Assembly: GCA_024408075.1 (NCBI GenBank)
Contig: JAKSVK010000006.1
Span: forward strand, 1 to 62,580
Reading direction: 5' to 3'
Length of the DNA stretch: 62,580 nt
DNA from: Bacilli bacterium
GTDB taxonomy: Bacteria; Bacillota_I; Bacilli_A; RFN20; CAG-826
A program made the position numbers and the translations under genes. A model generated the notes under the pieces. It worked only from the letters and a program-made list of their open reading frames with translations. It was not told where the DNA came from and searched no databases. Below are positions 18,953 through 28,293 of this stretch, in pieces (position 1 is the stretch's first letter; every line of letters begins with the position of its first letter).

Positions 18953-21550
18953 ATGCCAAAACTTACGATTATTGATGGTAACTCATTACTCTTTAGAGCT
19001 TATTTTGCCACCGCTTATCCAGGCGTGGAAATTATGAGAAATCAAAAAGGTGAACCAACCAATGCTATTTTTGCTTTCTCTAACATGATTAATAAAATTG
19101 TTTCTTCTTTGAAAGAAGGAGAATCACTTTTTGTTGCTTTTGATGCTGGAAAAAAGAATTTTAGACACGACAAACTTGAAACATACAAAGCAAATCGTAA
19201 ACCTGCTCCAGAAGATTTAGTAAAACAATTCCCAATGGCTAGAGAATTTCTTAAAGCATTTGGAATTTTTCAATTTGAAGAAGTTGGCTATGAAGGTGAT
19301 GATATCGCTGGAACTTTAGCTAAAAAAGCTGCTTCACAAGGATATAACGTCACAATTTATACAAGTGATAGAGATTTCCTCCAATTAGTTGATGAAAATA
19401 TTACAGTTAATTTAATTAAAAAGGGATTAAGTGATATTGCAGAAATGACTCCACAGTTAGTAGAAGAAACTTATCACATTAAACCAATCCAAATTATTGA
19501 TTATAAAGGATTAAGAGGAGACTCTAGTGATAACTTACCAGGAATTCCAGGAATAGGAGATGTCACTGCTGTTAAATTAATAAATAAATATGGCAGTTTT
19601 GATGAAATTATTGCTCATGTTGATGAAATTCCAGGAAAAGTTGGAGAAGAAATTAAAAATAATATTGAACTAGGAACTATTTCTAGAGATTTAGCAATTA
19701 TTGATATAAACACTCCAATAAATTTCCAATTAAGTGAAGTTGAATATAAAGGCTATTCATTTAAAGAAATCAGTGAATTCTGTCAAAGATATGGATTAAA
19801 ACAATTCATGAATAAAATTCCTGAAAAATGGAAAAAGAGCGATTCAAATCAATGCAATTTAGAAGTAGAAGTTGTATCGAATTTAAATAATATAGATTTA
19901 GGAAACGAAATAGGGATTGAAGTTGATTTATATGATAGAAATGATTACTTTAGAAGCGAAGTTTTTGGTATTGCTTTAAGTAACAAAAATAAGATTGTTT
20001 ACCTTAACATTGCCGATGCAAAAAAAGATCAAAAATTACTTTCAATTTTGGCTGATGAAAAAGTAGCAAAATATGCTTATGATTTTAAAGCAATCAAAGC
20101 TGCTCTTCACAAAGAGAATATTGAAGTAAATGGTCTAAAATTTGATATCTTAATTGCATCTTATTTACTTGATTCAACAATTAAAAACAATCCTCAAGCA
20201 GTCATGAATTTGTATGGTATAGACCTTAAAAGTTCTGATGAAGAAATTAGCTTATTATCAACAAATAATCCGGAAATTGCTGGGAAAATCGCATATTTTT
20301 CATTATTTACAAGTGATAAAATTTTAGCTGAATTAGAGAAGGTTAATGCTTTAAAACTTTTCAACGAACTCGAAATTCCACTTACTTCAACTTTAGCAGA
20401 TATGGAAATAGAAGGTTTCCCATTATCAAAAGATGACCTTACTAATTTCGGACAAGAATATAAAGAAAAATTAAAAAATCTAACCGACGAAATTTGTGCT
20501 TTGGCTGGCACTAAATTTAACATCTCTTCACCTAAACAAGTTGGCGATATTTTATTCAATAAATTAGGTTTGCCAGATTACGAAAAAGGCTCAACAAGTG
20601 TTGATGTTTTAAATAGCTTGCTTGGACAACATCCAATTATCGAAAAACTTTTAGATTATCGAAAATATTTTAAGCTCGTAACTACATATATTGATGGATT
20701 TATTCAACACATCTATCCTGATGGAAAAATACACACATCATTTAATCAAGCCGTGACTCAAACAGGAAGATTATCTTCATCTAATCCAAATTTACAAAAT
20801 ATTTCCATTAGAGATGAGGAAAGTAAAAACATTAGAAAATCTTTCTATTATGATGATGAAAATATTGAAATCCTTTCATTTGACTACTCACAAATAGAAT
20901 TAAGAATATTAGCTCATCTCTCTAATTGCCAAAAATTGATTGATGTATTCAAAAGTAATGAAGACATTCATGCAAGTACTGCTAAAAACGTATTTAAAGT
21001 TGATAAACCTAGCGATCTTCAAAGAAGAAAAGCGAAAGTTGTTAATTTTGGTATAGTGTATGGCATTTCTGATTGGGGTTTAGCAGAAGAGCTTGGGATA
21101 CCAGTTAAAGAAGCTAAAGAAATGATTGAAAATTTCTATCAAGCTTACCCTGAAGTTGCACTATTCTTTAAACAAATTGTTGATAATGGAATAAAAGATG
21201 GATTTGTTTCTACAATGTTAGGTAGAAGAAGATATTTAACTGGTTTCCATGATTCAAATTATCAAGTTAGAGAATTTGCAAAAAGAGCTGCAATGAACGC
21301 TCCAATTCAAGGAAGTGCTGCAGATTTAATTAAATTAGCGATGATAAGAATTGCTAAAGCAATAAAAGAAAATAATTACAAAAGTAAAATGGTTTTACAA
21401 ATTCATGACGAATTAATTTTTAAAGTATATAAAGATGAAAAAGAACAAATTAAAAATTTAGTTATGAATGAAATGAAACACGCAATGGAATTAAATGTCC
21501 CATTAGAAGTTGACGGAGGATTTGGCCGTACTTGGTACGACGCAAAATAG
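18953..21550 (+). CDS. polA: DNA polymerase I
   Basis: IDGNSLLFRAYFA, GDSSDNLPGIPGIG, TGRLSSSNPNLQNI, DYSQIELRILAH, LQIHDELIF. Confidence 0.97.
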   Translation: MPKLTIIDGNSLLFRAYFATAYPGVEIMRNQKGEPTNAIFAFSNMINKIVSSLKEGESLFVAFDAGKKNFRHDKLETYKANRKPAPEDLVKQFPMAREFLKAFGIFQFEEVGYEGDDIAGTLAKKAASQGYNVTIYTSDRDFLQLVDENITVNLIKKGLSDIAEMTPQLVEETYHIKPIQIIDYKGLRGDSSDNLPGIPGIGDVTAVKLINKYGSFDEIIAHVDEIPGKVGEEIKNNIELGTISRDLAIIDINTPINFQLSEVEYKGYSFKEISEFCQRYGLKQFMNKIPEKWKKSDSNQCNLEVEVVSNLNNIDLGNEIGIEVDLYDRNDYFRSEVFGIALSNKNKIVYLNIADAKKDQKLLSILADEKVAKYAYDFKAIKAALHKENIEVNGLKFDILIASYLLDSTIKNNPQAVMNLYGIDLKSSDEEISLLSTNNPEIAGKIAYFSLFTSDKILAELEKVNALKLFNELEIPLTSTLADMEIEGFPLSKDDLTNFGQEYKEKLKNLTDEICALAGTKFNISSPKQVGDILFNKLGLPDYEKGSTSVDVLNSLLGQHPIIEKLLDYRKYFKLVTTYIDGFIQHIYPDGKIHTSFNQAVTQTGRLSSSNPNLQNISIRDEESKNIRKSFYYDDENIEILSFDYSQIELRILAHLSNCQKLIDVFKSNEDIHASTAKNVFKVDKPSDLQRRKAKVVNFGIVYGISDWGLAEELGIPVKEAKEMIENFYQAYPEVALFFKQIVDNGIKDGFVSTMLGRRRYLTGFHDSNYQVREFAKRAAMNAPIQGSAADLIKLAMIRIAKAIKENNYKSKMVLQIHDELIFKVYKDEKEQIKNLVMNEMKHAMELNVPLEVDGGFGRTWYDAK

Positions 21551-21552
21551 TT

Positions 21553-22962
21553 ATGCCAGAATTACCTGAAGTTGAAACTGTTACTAAAATACTTAAACCA
21601 ATTGTTATTGGAAGAACAATTAATAAAATTGATGTTTTAAGAAAACAAACAATTATTGGTGATGCTGCTACTTTCGTTAAACAGTTAACAGGAGAAAAGT
21701 TTGTTGACATCACAAGAATTGGTAAATATATCATCTTTCATTTAACTAACGATAAAGTGATTATTTCCCATCTCAGAATGGAAGGAAAATTCTATAAATA
21801 TAATGAAAATGAAGAGAATTCATACTATTCAAGAGTAGTCTTCCATTTTGATAACAACGAAAAACTTTGTTATGACGATTCAAGATGCTTTGGTATCTTA
21901 ATTTATTCAAACGAAAAAGATTATAGAAATGAAAAAGAAATAGCTAAACTTGGACCAGAACCATTTGATGTTAAAGATGTAAAAAGAATGGTTTCAATAT
22001 GCAAAAATAAATCAATTCCTATTAAAGCTGCACTACTTGATCAATCAATTATGTGTGGAATTGGTAATATTTATGCCGATGAAATCCTTTTTGCTTGTGG
22101 CATTCATCCATTAACAAGCGCAAAAGAAATTGATGAACTTGGATGGAAAAATATTGTTAAAGCAGCACAAGTTATTTTAAATAAAGCAATCGAACTAGGT
22201 GGATCAACCATTAAAAGTTATCACCCAGGAAAAGATATTGATGGGAAGTTCCAAAATAATATTCAAGTTTATGGAAAAAGCGGAGAAGATTGCCCTATTT
22301 GTGGATCCACTTTAAGATTTATAAAAATAGGTGGACGAGGCACTACTTTCTGTCCTAAATGTCAGCTCAAAATGGGAGCTCCACTTAATGTCGCAATTAC
22401 AGGCAAAATTGCTTCAGGAAAATCACTTGCTTTGAACGAGTTTAAAAAAGCAAATTTTGCTGTACTTCAAGCCGATGAACTTGTTGCAAAACTTTATGAA
22501 AGAGAAGACGTTAGTAACATCATTGAAAAATCATTAAAAATTAAATTCAAAAATGGTTTAGTTGATAAGAAACAATTAGGTCAACATCTGCTCTTAAATC
22601 CACAAGATAAAAGAAAACTTGAAAGGATCGTTCACCCACTAGTTAGAAAACAAATTGAGTTATTCTTAAAAACAAACAAATCACCTATTCGTGTTGTGGA
22701 AATTCCACTATTATTTGAAAGCGGACTTGATGAACTTTTTGATACCATAATTGTTTTAAATATTAACGAAAATCAACAAAAAAACCTGCTTTTTGCTAGG
22801 GAAAAAGAAAAAGCCTTACTTTTAAGTGAGATCAATAAATCTAATAAAATTGATCAAAATAAAGGCAAGGCAACTTATCTAATTGATAACAATTCCACTA
22901 AGGAAAATTTTATATCAGAGATTAAAAATATTATTCGTAAATTGAAACAGAGCCTAAATTAA
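21553..22962 (+). CDS. mutM: Fusion of formamidopyrimidine-DNA glycosylase (MutM/Fpg) and dephospho-CoA kinase (CoaE)
   Basis: N-terminal MPELPEVE, HLRMEG, GIGNIYADE, zinc finger CPIC..CPKC; continues in frame into AITGKIASGKS, LERIVHPLV, VEIPLLFE. Confidence 0.9.
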   Translation: MPELPEVETVTKILKPIVIGRTINKIDVLRKQTIIGDAATFVKQLTGEKFVDITRIGKYIIFHLTNDKVIISHLRMEGKFYKYNENEENSYYSRVVFHFDNNEKLCYDDSRCFGILIYSNEKDYRNEKEIAKLGPEPFDVKDVKRMVSICKNKSIPIKAALLDQSIMCGIGNIYADEILFACGIHPLTSAKEIDELGWKNIVKAAQVILNKAIELGGSTIKSYHPGKDIDGKFQNNIQVYGKSGEDCPICGSTLRFIKIGGRGTTFCPKCQLKMGAPLNVAITGKIASGKSLALNEFKKANFAVLQADELVAKLYEREDVSNIIEKSLKIKFKNGLVDKKQLGQHLLLNPQDKRKLERIVHPLVRKQIELFLKTNKSPIRVVEIPLLFESGLDELFDTIIVLNINENQQKNLLFAREKEKALLLSEINKSNKIDQNKGKATYLIDNNSTKENFISEIKNIIRKLKQSLN

Positions 22963-23815
22963 TTTCATTACCAAAAGTCTTTTTCATAATACGTTTAATT
23001 TGTTCTACTTTTGGTTTGCTCGCTTGGTTAGTTTGATACATTAAACAGATATCATCTATTGAGAAATCTGATGTGATTATTGTAAACAAATGAGCCTTAC
23101 TTCTAGCATTGATAATTGGGAACAAAATTGTCTCTCTAACATAGTCACTTTTATATTCATTTCCAAGGTCATCAAGTACTAAAACCGGGACCTTTAAATA
23201 TTTATCAATTAAAGAAGTAAATGCTTCATCTTTTTTGCTTCCTAATTCTTTAAATTTTGAAGGTACATCAATAAAAGCAATTGGACCTTTTTCATCTCGA
23301 GCAATTTCTAGCGCAATATTTGCTGCAAGATAGCTTCTTCCAGTACCTGCTTCTCCAACAATGTAAAGAGATTCTCCTTCATTATTTTTAAAGAAGTTTT
23401 GATATTTTTTAATTGCTTCCGCTCTTGGTGCAGAATTATCAATCTTTTTAAGTGTTCCACTCATCCATTCTTCAGGAAAATCGCGAATCAAAAATTGTTT
23501 TTTAAATTTGACTAATTCTAAATATTTTTTACATGGAACAACTTGTCTTTCAACTACACCGTCGACATAAACGATTTTAGTGCAGAGTCTTGGAGTGTCT
23601 TTATCGCATTTATCTACTCCTGGACAATGACGACAAAAATTCAAATCTGAAACAAAGTCATTAATTTTTACTATTTGTTTATCAACGATCTCTTCAGGAA
23701 TATTTAGACTATTTATGTATTTAACTGCTGCAGGGCAAGCTAAATAGTCAGCTTTCATCTTCTTAAGAACTTTATCTTCATCCTTAAAACGGGAGTTCAC
23801 TGTCAGTCTTTCCAT
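22931..23815 (-). CDS. dnaI: Primosomal helicase loader DnaI
   Basis: Cys-rich N-terminus (CRHC..C..PC), Walker A-like GEAGTGRS, Walker B LVLDDLG; follows dnaB; likely start at 23815. Confidence 0.85.
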   Translation of the reverse strand: MERLTVNSRFKDEDKVLKKMKADYLACPAAVKYINSLNIPEEIVDKQIVKINDFVSDLNFCRHCPGVDKCDKDTPRLCTKIVYVDGVVERQVVPCKKYLELVKFKKQFLIRDFPEEWMSGTLKKIDNSAPRAEAIKKYQNFFKNNEGESLYIVGEAGTGRSYLAANIALEIARDEKGPIAFIDVPSKFKELGSKKDEAFTSLIDKYLKVPVLVLDDLGNEYKSDYVRETILFPIINARSKAHLFTIITSDFSIDDICLMYQTNQASKPKVEQIKRIMKKTFGNEINLGSVSIYE

Positions 23816-25076
23816 TGTCGTCATCCCCTTTCTTTTCTTCAAATAAAGAATTCCATTCTTCTTCATTTATTTTACCATTATTTTTATTTTCGCTCATAGT
23901 TGCTTTAACTTTTTTAGATGTCTTCTTAGTTTTGCTTTCAATTACTGAATTGCAATAATTCATAGCATCAATTGTTGTATTAATGTTTTCACGATTAAAT
24001 GATGCTGCAATTTTTTCAGCATAACCTCTAGATAAAATGTTTTTGTTCATTGATAAAACAAAATCAATCAAAACATTAATAACACCATTATTTAAGCAAT
24101 AATCTTTACTTAGCATATCAATTATTTTTAAATCACTCGTTGCAGGTCTGGTTCCATTTTGAAGAAGACTTAAAACATCTTTTGGTGATGTCTTTTCAAA
24201 CAAATTGATCTTATTTGCAAGCAAAGTATCACTTTTAACAGTAGAAGATTTGCCTTTTTTATGATGAGAAACAAGTGAATAATTAGTTTCTTTCATAAAT
24301 TGATCACTTAAAAGCTTAAGATCAATTCTGCTGCCTTTATCTTTTTCTCCATCAAAACAATTAATAACAAAATATGCAGCAGTTTCTTCACTTGTTCCAT
24401 ATAAAGTAGCAAGTCTTTCAACTTCTTTAATCTCTTTTTTAGTTATTTGATTTTGAGTTATGGTTGAAATTTTACTAAGTTCTAAAAAGAACTGATCATA
24501 ATTAAATGCTGTTTTAATCGCACGTTTATTTCTTCCTACACTATTATTTGAGCTACTTGTTGCAGCTTTTAAAAATGATGGTTCGTTTATATCAAATTGG
24601 AATGCATCATTAAATGAGGAGGAAATATCTTCTCCATCAACTTGATTTGAACTATATTCATAAACTTTTTTAAATTTTTCAGCATCTTCTTCTCCAAGAG
24701 CTTTGATTAGCATTCCAAAAAGTAATGCATCACCAAAGAAGTCTTTCGGAGTTGAAGGAGCATATATAGAATAATGATATATATTAGTGTTATTTACTTT
24801 TTCGAGTTTAGTTTTAAGAAGTCCAACTCCTTCAAGAAACTTTCTTGCCTCAACAAAACTTCCTGCTGGCATTTTCATTCTTGATAAAAGTTGTTCGTGA
24901 GTTGAAAAAGCTAATACATTTTGATTTCTAGACTCACTCCAGAGAGTAAAATACACCGCTAAAGATGTATAACCAATGATTGGTTGGTACAAATTTGTTA
25001 GTGTATCTCTATCATAATCTGCAAGAAGAGAATGGGCTCTAACATCAAACATATCGTTATAAGATAAGACAACCAT
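23784..25076 (-). CDS. dnaB: Replication initiation/membrane attachment protein DnaB (Firmicutes type)
   Basis: LTNLYQPIIG, LEGVGLLKT, LNNGVINVLIDFVL, YAEKIA; paired with dnaI. Confidence 0.88.
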   Translation of the reverse strand: MVVLSYNDMFDVRAHSLLADYDRDTLTNLYQPIIGYTSLAVYFTLWSESRNQNVLAFSTHEQLLSRMKMPAGSFVEARKFLEGVGLLKTKLEKVNNTNIYHYSIYAPSTPKDFFGDALLFGMLIKALGEEDAEKFKKVYEYSSNQVDGEDISSSFNDAFQFDINEPSFLKAATSSSNNSVGRNKRAIKTAFNYDQFFLELSKISTITQNQITKKEIKEVERLATLYGTSEETAAYFVINCFDGEKDKGSRIDLKLLSDQFMKETNYSLVSHHKKGKSSTVKSDTLLANKINLFEKTSPKDVLSLLQNGTRPATSDLKIIDMLSKDYCLNNGVINVLIDFVLSMNKNILSRGYAEKIAASFNRENINTTIDAMNYCNSVIESKTKKTSKKVKATMSENKNNGKINEEEWNSLFEEKKGDDDNGKTDSELPF

Positions 25077-25150
25077 ATTCCCTCCTTTTGTTGCTCCATT
25101 ATTCCAAAGATTTTATCTATTTTCAATATGAAAAATTAAGAAAAATTTAT

Positions 25151-25257
25151 AGTGGAAAGTTATCCACATAATACAACAGAACGATTTATACTTAGTATAA
25201 ATCATTCATTATTGATATTTTATAGGTTAAATTATCCACATTAAAAATTGTGGAAAA
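25151..25257. promoter_or_regulatory. DnaA-box cluster in the dnaB/pfkA divergent intergenic region
   Basis: TTATCCACA at 25160-25168 and 25232-25240, TGTGGAAAA at 25249-25257, and 2-mismatch AGTGGAAAG at 25151-25159. Confidence 0.75.
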
Positions 25258-25333
25258 CTTATTTTTCATGTTTTATGCAAATTTATTTATTTATAAATAC
25301 ATAAATGCTATTATAGATAGCAAAGGTGATATT

Positions 25334-26293
25334 ATGGTAAGAAAAGTTGCAGTATTAACTAGTGGCGGCGATGCTCCAGGCATGAACGCTGCCGTTAGAG
25401 CAGTCATTAGGGCTGGTTTATATAACGGCATTGAAATGTACGTTGTTTATGATGGATTTAAAGGCCTATATGAAGGAGACATCCACCAAGTAAATAAAGA
25501 CTTTACACAAGACATTATTAATAGAGGCGGAACAATTCTTCGTAGTTCAAGATTCCCTGAATTCAAAAATCCTGAAATTGTGGAAAAAGCAAAGCAAAGA
25601 TTATCAGACTTTGATATTGATGCATTAGTTGGTATCGGGGGAGATGGAACATTTAGAGGATTAAATGACTTAAGCAAAGTTGGTGTTAAAGTCGTCGGAA
25701 TTCCTGCTTCAATTGATAACGATGTTTCTTCAACTGACTTTACAATTGGTTTCATGACGGCATTAAACACTATTTGTGATTGTGTTGATAAAATCAAAGA
25801 TACTTCAACTTCACATCAAAAATGTAGTGTCATCGAAGTTATGGGACGTCATTGTGGAGACCTTGCAGTTTATTCATCTATTGCTGAAGCAGCAGAATTA
25901 ACTGTTACAGAAGATCACCCATATGATGAAGCACATATTATGAAGAAATTAAGAAGATTAAAATCTCAACAAAAAGGTCACGCTATTGTTGTAGTTAGTG
26001 AAAATCTTCTTGATGTCAGAGAACTTGCTAAGAAAATCCAAGCTGAGACAGGTTTTGATACCAACGTTGAAATTCTTGGACACCTTCAAAGAGGCGGCGC
26101 ACCATGCGCATATGATAGAATTCTTGCTTCCACTATGGGAAGTGAATCAATTCATGCAATTTTAAATGATAATACTGGAGTTGTTACTTGCTTAAGACAA
26201 TCTAAAATCACTACCATGAAAATCGAAGAAGCCTTAGCACTTCCAAGAGATACTCACGAAGCATCATTAGCATTGATTAATGAATTACAGTAG
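25334..26293 (+). CDS. pfkA: ATP-dependent 6-phosphofructokinase
   Basis: VLTSGGDAPGMNAA, GGDGT, SIDND, EVMGR, LGHLQRGG; start at 25334 after an AGGTGA RBS. Confidence 0.95.
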   Translation: MVRKVAVLTSGGDAPGMNAAVRAVIRAGLYNGIEMYVVYDGFKGLYEGDIHQVNKDFTQDIINRGGTILRSSRFPEFKNPEIVEKAKQRLSDFDIDALVGIGGDGTFRGLNDLSKVGVKVVGIPASIDNDVSSTDFTIGFMTALNTICDCVDKIKDTSTSHQKCSVIEVMGRHCGDLAVYSSIAEAAELTVTEDHPYDEAHIMKKLRRLKSQQKGHAIVVVSENLLDVRELAKKIQAETGFDTNVEILGHLQRGGAPCAYDRILASTMGSESIHAILNDNTGVVTCLRQSKITTMKIEEALALPRDTHEASLALINELQ

Positions 26294-26349
26294 TAATTAT
26301 TAATATAAAAAATTAGCCCACTTTTGTATTGTGGAGGAGAAAACAAAAA

Positions 26350-28110
26350 ATGAAAATTCAACAACACGATGGATCAATTATTGAAATTGAAAAATCATCA
26401 AAAGAAGCGTTTGAAGTCTTAAATCACTCTACTTCTCACCTTCTTGCTGAAGCTATCCAGGAGTTGTACCCTGAGGCTTTGTTCGGATTCGGACCAGCGA
26501 TTGAAGAGGGATTTTATTACGATATTGATTTTCCAAAACCAATAGTCGAAGAAGATTTAGCAAAAATTGAAAAGAAAATGCATGAACTTGCTAGTAAAGA
26601 CGAAAGAATAATTCGTGAAGAACTTAGCAAAGAAGAAGCATTAAAAAGATTTAAATCTAACAAATATAAAGTTGAACTTATTGAAGGTATTAACGAAAAT
26701 ATCACCACTTTTACTCAAGGTAAATTTACTGATTTATGTCGTGGACCTCATTTACTTGCAACCGGTCAAATTAAACATTTTAAATTATTAAATTTAGCTG
26801 GTGCTTATTGGAGAGGCGATAGCAAAAACAAAATGTTAACCAGAATTTATGGTACAAGCTGGTTTAGCGCTGAAGAACTCCAAAATCATTTAAATAACTT
26901 AGAAGAAAGAAAAAAGAGAGATCATAGAATCTTAGGAAGACAACTAGATTTATTCATGCTTTCAGAATATGGTCCAGGATTCCCATTCTGGCTTCCAAAT
27001 GGAATGATTTTACTTAACTGTTTAGAAGAATTTTGGAAAAAACAACATGATAAATATGATTATGTTCAAGTTAAAACTCCAATTATTCTTTCTCGTGAAC
27101 TTTGGGAAACTAGCGGTCACTGGGCACATTATAAAGAAAATATGTATACCACTAAAATTGATGACCGTGATTTTGCTATTAAACCAATGAACTGTCCTGG
27201 AAGTATTCTTGTTTACAAGAATTCTCTCCATTCTTATAAAGATTTACCAATTAGAATGGCTGAACTTGGACTTGTCCATCGTCATGAAGCTAGTGGCGCA
27301 CTTAACGGATTATTCCGTGTTCGTGCTTTCACTCAAGATGATGCTCATATTTTCTGTAGAGAAGATCAATTAGTTGAGGAAATTTCAACCCTTTTACGTT
27401 TCTATGATGAAATGTATTCAATGTTTGGTCTTGATTATCATATCGAATTATCAACTCGTCCAGAAACTGGATATATTGGTGATATTCGCATTTGGAATAA
27501 GAGTGAAGAAATTCTTAAAGATGCATGTTTAAAAAGCGGAAAAGAATTCAAAATCAATCCAGGTGATGGAGCGTTCTATGGACCAAAACTTGACTTTAAA
27601 CTTAAAGATTCAATGGGAAGAATTTGGCAATGTGGAACTATCCAACTTGATATGAATTTACCTGAAAGATTTGAATGTTTCTATATTGACAGCGATGGAG
27701 AAAAGAAACGTCCAATTATGCTCCATAGAGCATGTTTGGGTTCTATTGAAAGATTTACAGGTATCTTAATTGAACATTTTGGAGGTGCTTTCCCAACTTG
27801 GTTAGCTCCTGTTCAAGTTGAACTTCTTCCTGTAAATAATGAATTCCATTTAACTTATACTGATGAACTATATAAATTATTAAAAGAAAATGGAATTAGA
27901 GTAGCAAAAGATGATAGCAATGAAAAACTTGGATATCGTTTAAGAAATACTCAAATCAAGAAAGTTCCTTACACTATTGTTATCGGAGATAACGAAGTGG
28001 CTAATAAGTCTGTCACTTATCGTAAATTCTCTTCAAGAGATCAAGTCACTGTTTCTCAAGAAGAATTTATAAAAATGATTAAGGAAGAAATTAGTCAAAG
28101 AAAAATGTAA
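26350..28110 (+). CDS. thrS: Threonine--tRNA ligase
   Basis: HSTSHLLA, DLCRGPH, RDHR, KPMNCP, LFRVRAFTQDDAH, FYGPK; GGAGG RBS. Confidence 0.97.
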   Translation: MKIQQHDGSIIEIEKSSKEAFEVLNHSTSHLLAEAIQELYPEALFGFGPAIEEGFYYDIDFPKPIVEEDLAKIEKKMHELASKDERIIREELSKEEALKRFKSNKYKVELIEGINENITTFTQGKFTDLCRGPHLLATGQIKHFKLLNLAGAYWRGDSKNKMLTRIYGTSWFSAEELQNHLNNLEERKKRDHRILGRQLDLFMLSEYGPGFPFWLPNGMILLNCLEEFWKKQHDKYDYVQVKTPIILSRELWETSGHWAHYKENMYTTKIDDRDFAIKPMNCPGSILVYKNSLHSYKDLPIRMAELGLVHRHEASGALNGLFRVRAFTQDDAHIFCREDQLVEEISTLLRFYDEMYSMFGLDYHIELSTRPETGYIGDIRIWNKSEEILKDACLKSGKEFKINPGDGAFYGPKLDFKLKDSMGRIWQCGTIQLDMNLPERFECFYIDSDGEKKRPIMLHRACLGSIERFTGILIEHFGGAFPTWLAPVQVELLPVNNEFHLTYTDELYKLLKENGIRVAKDDSNEKLGYRLRNTQIKKVPYTIVIGDNEVANKSVTYRKFSSRDQVTVSQEEFIKMIKEEISQRKM

Positions 28111-28116
28111 AAACGC

Positions 28117-28145
28117 TTTACATAGTAGTTATACTAATGTAATAT
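28117..28145 (+). promoter_or_regulatory. Putative promoter of the infC-rpmI-rplT operon
   Basis: TTTACA-17 nt-TAATAT just upstream of the L20 leader. Confidence 0.5.
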
Positions 28146-28162
28146 ATGACTGCAAAAATGCG

Positions 28163-28274
28163 TAGAAAGCAGAGGCACCCGCTTCTCGCCAGATCGATAA
28201 TTATTGATTGGCTAACGCTACAAATCTTGGGGTTAAGATTGTTAACGGGTGCACAATGCTGCATCCGTTTTTTT
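28163..28274 (+). ncRNA. L20 ribosomal protein leader (attenuator upstream of infC)
   Basis: AAGCAGAGGCACCCGCTTCTC motif typical of Firmicutes L20 leaders; GCACCCG (28175-28181) can pair with CGGGTGC (28246-28252), which alternatively forms terminator AACGGGTGCA/TGCATCCGTT-TTTTT. Confidence 0.85.
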
Positions 28275-28293
28275 ACAAAAAGGAGTGATATTT

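Noticed and set aside
25250-25333. N-terminal extensions in the ORF track (pfkA, and likewise malG, dnaI, mutM, trmL, the phosphatase, infC)
   Set aside because: Upstream in-frame starts lack an RBS or overlap neighbouring genes/regulatory sites; family-typical N-termini begin downstream
25077-25333. Firm call of oriC
   Set aside because: Only 3-4 boxes, no dnaA/dnaN, no clear DnaA-trio run and no clean switch in gene strand bias; kept only as a hypothesis
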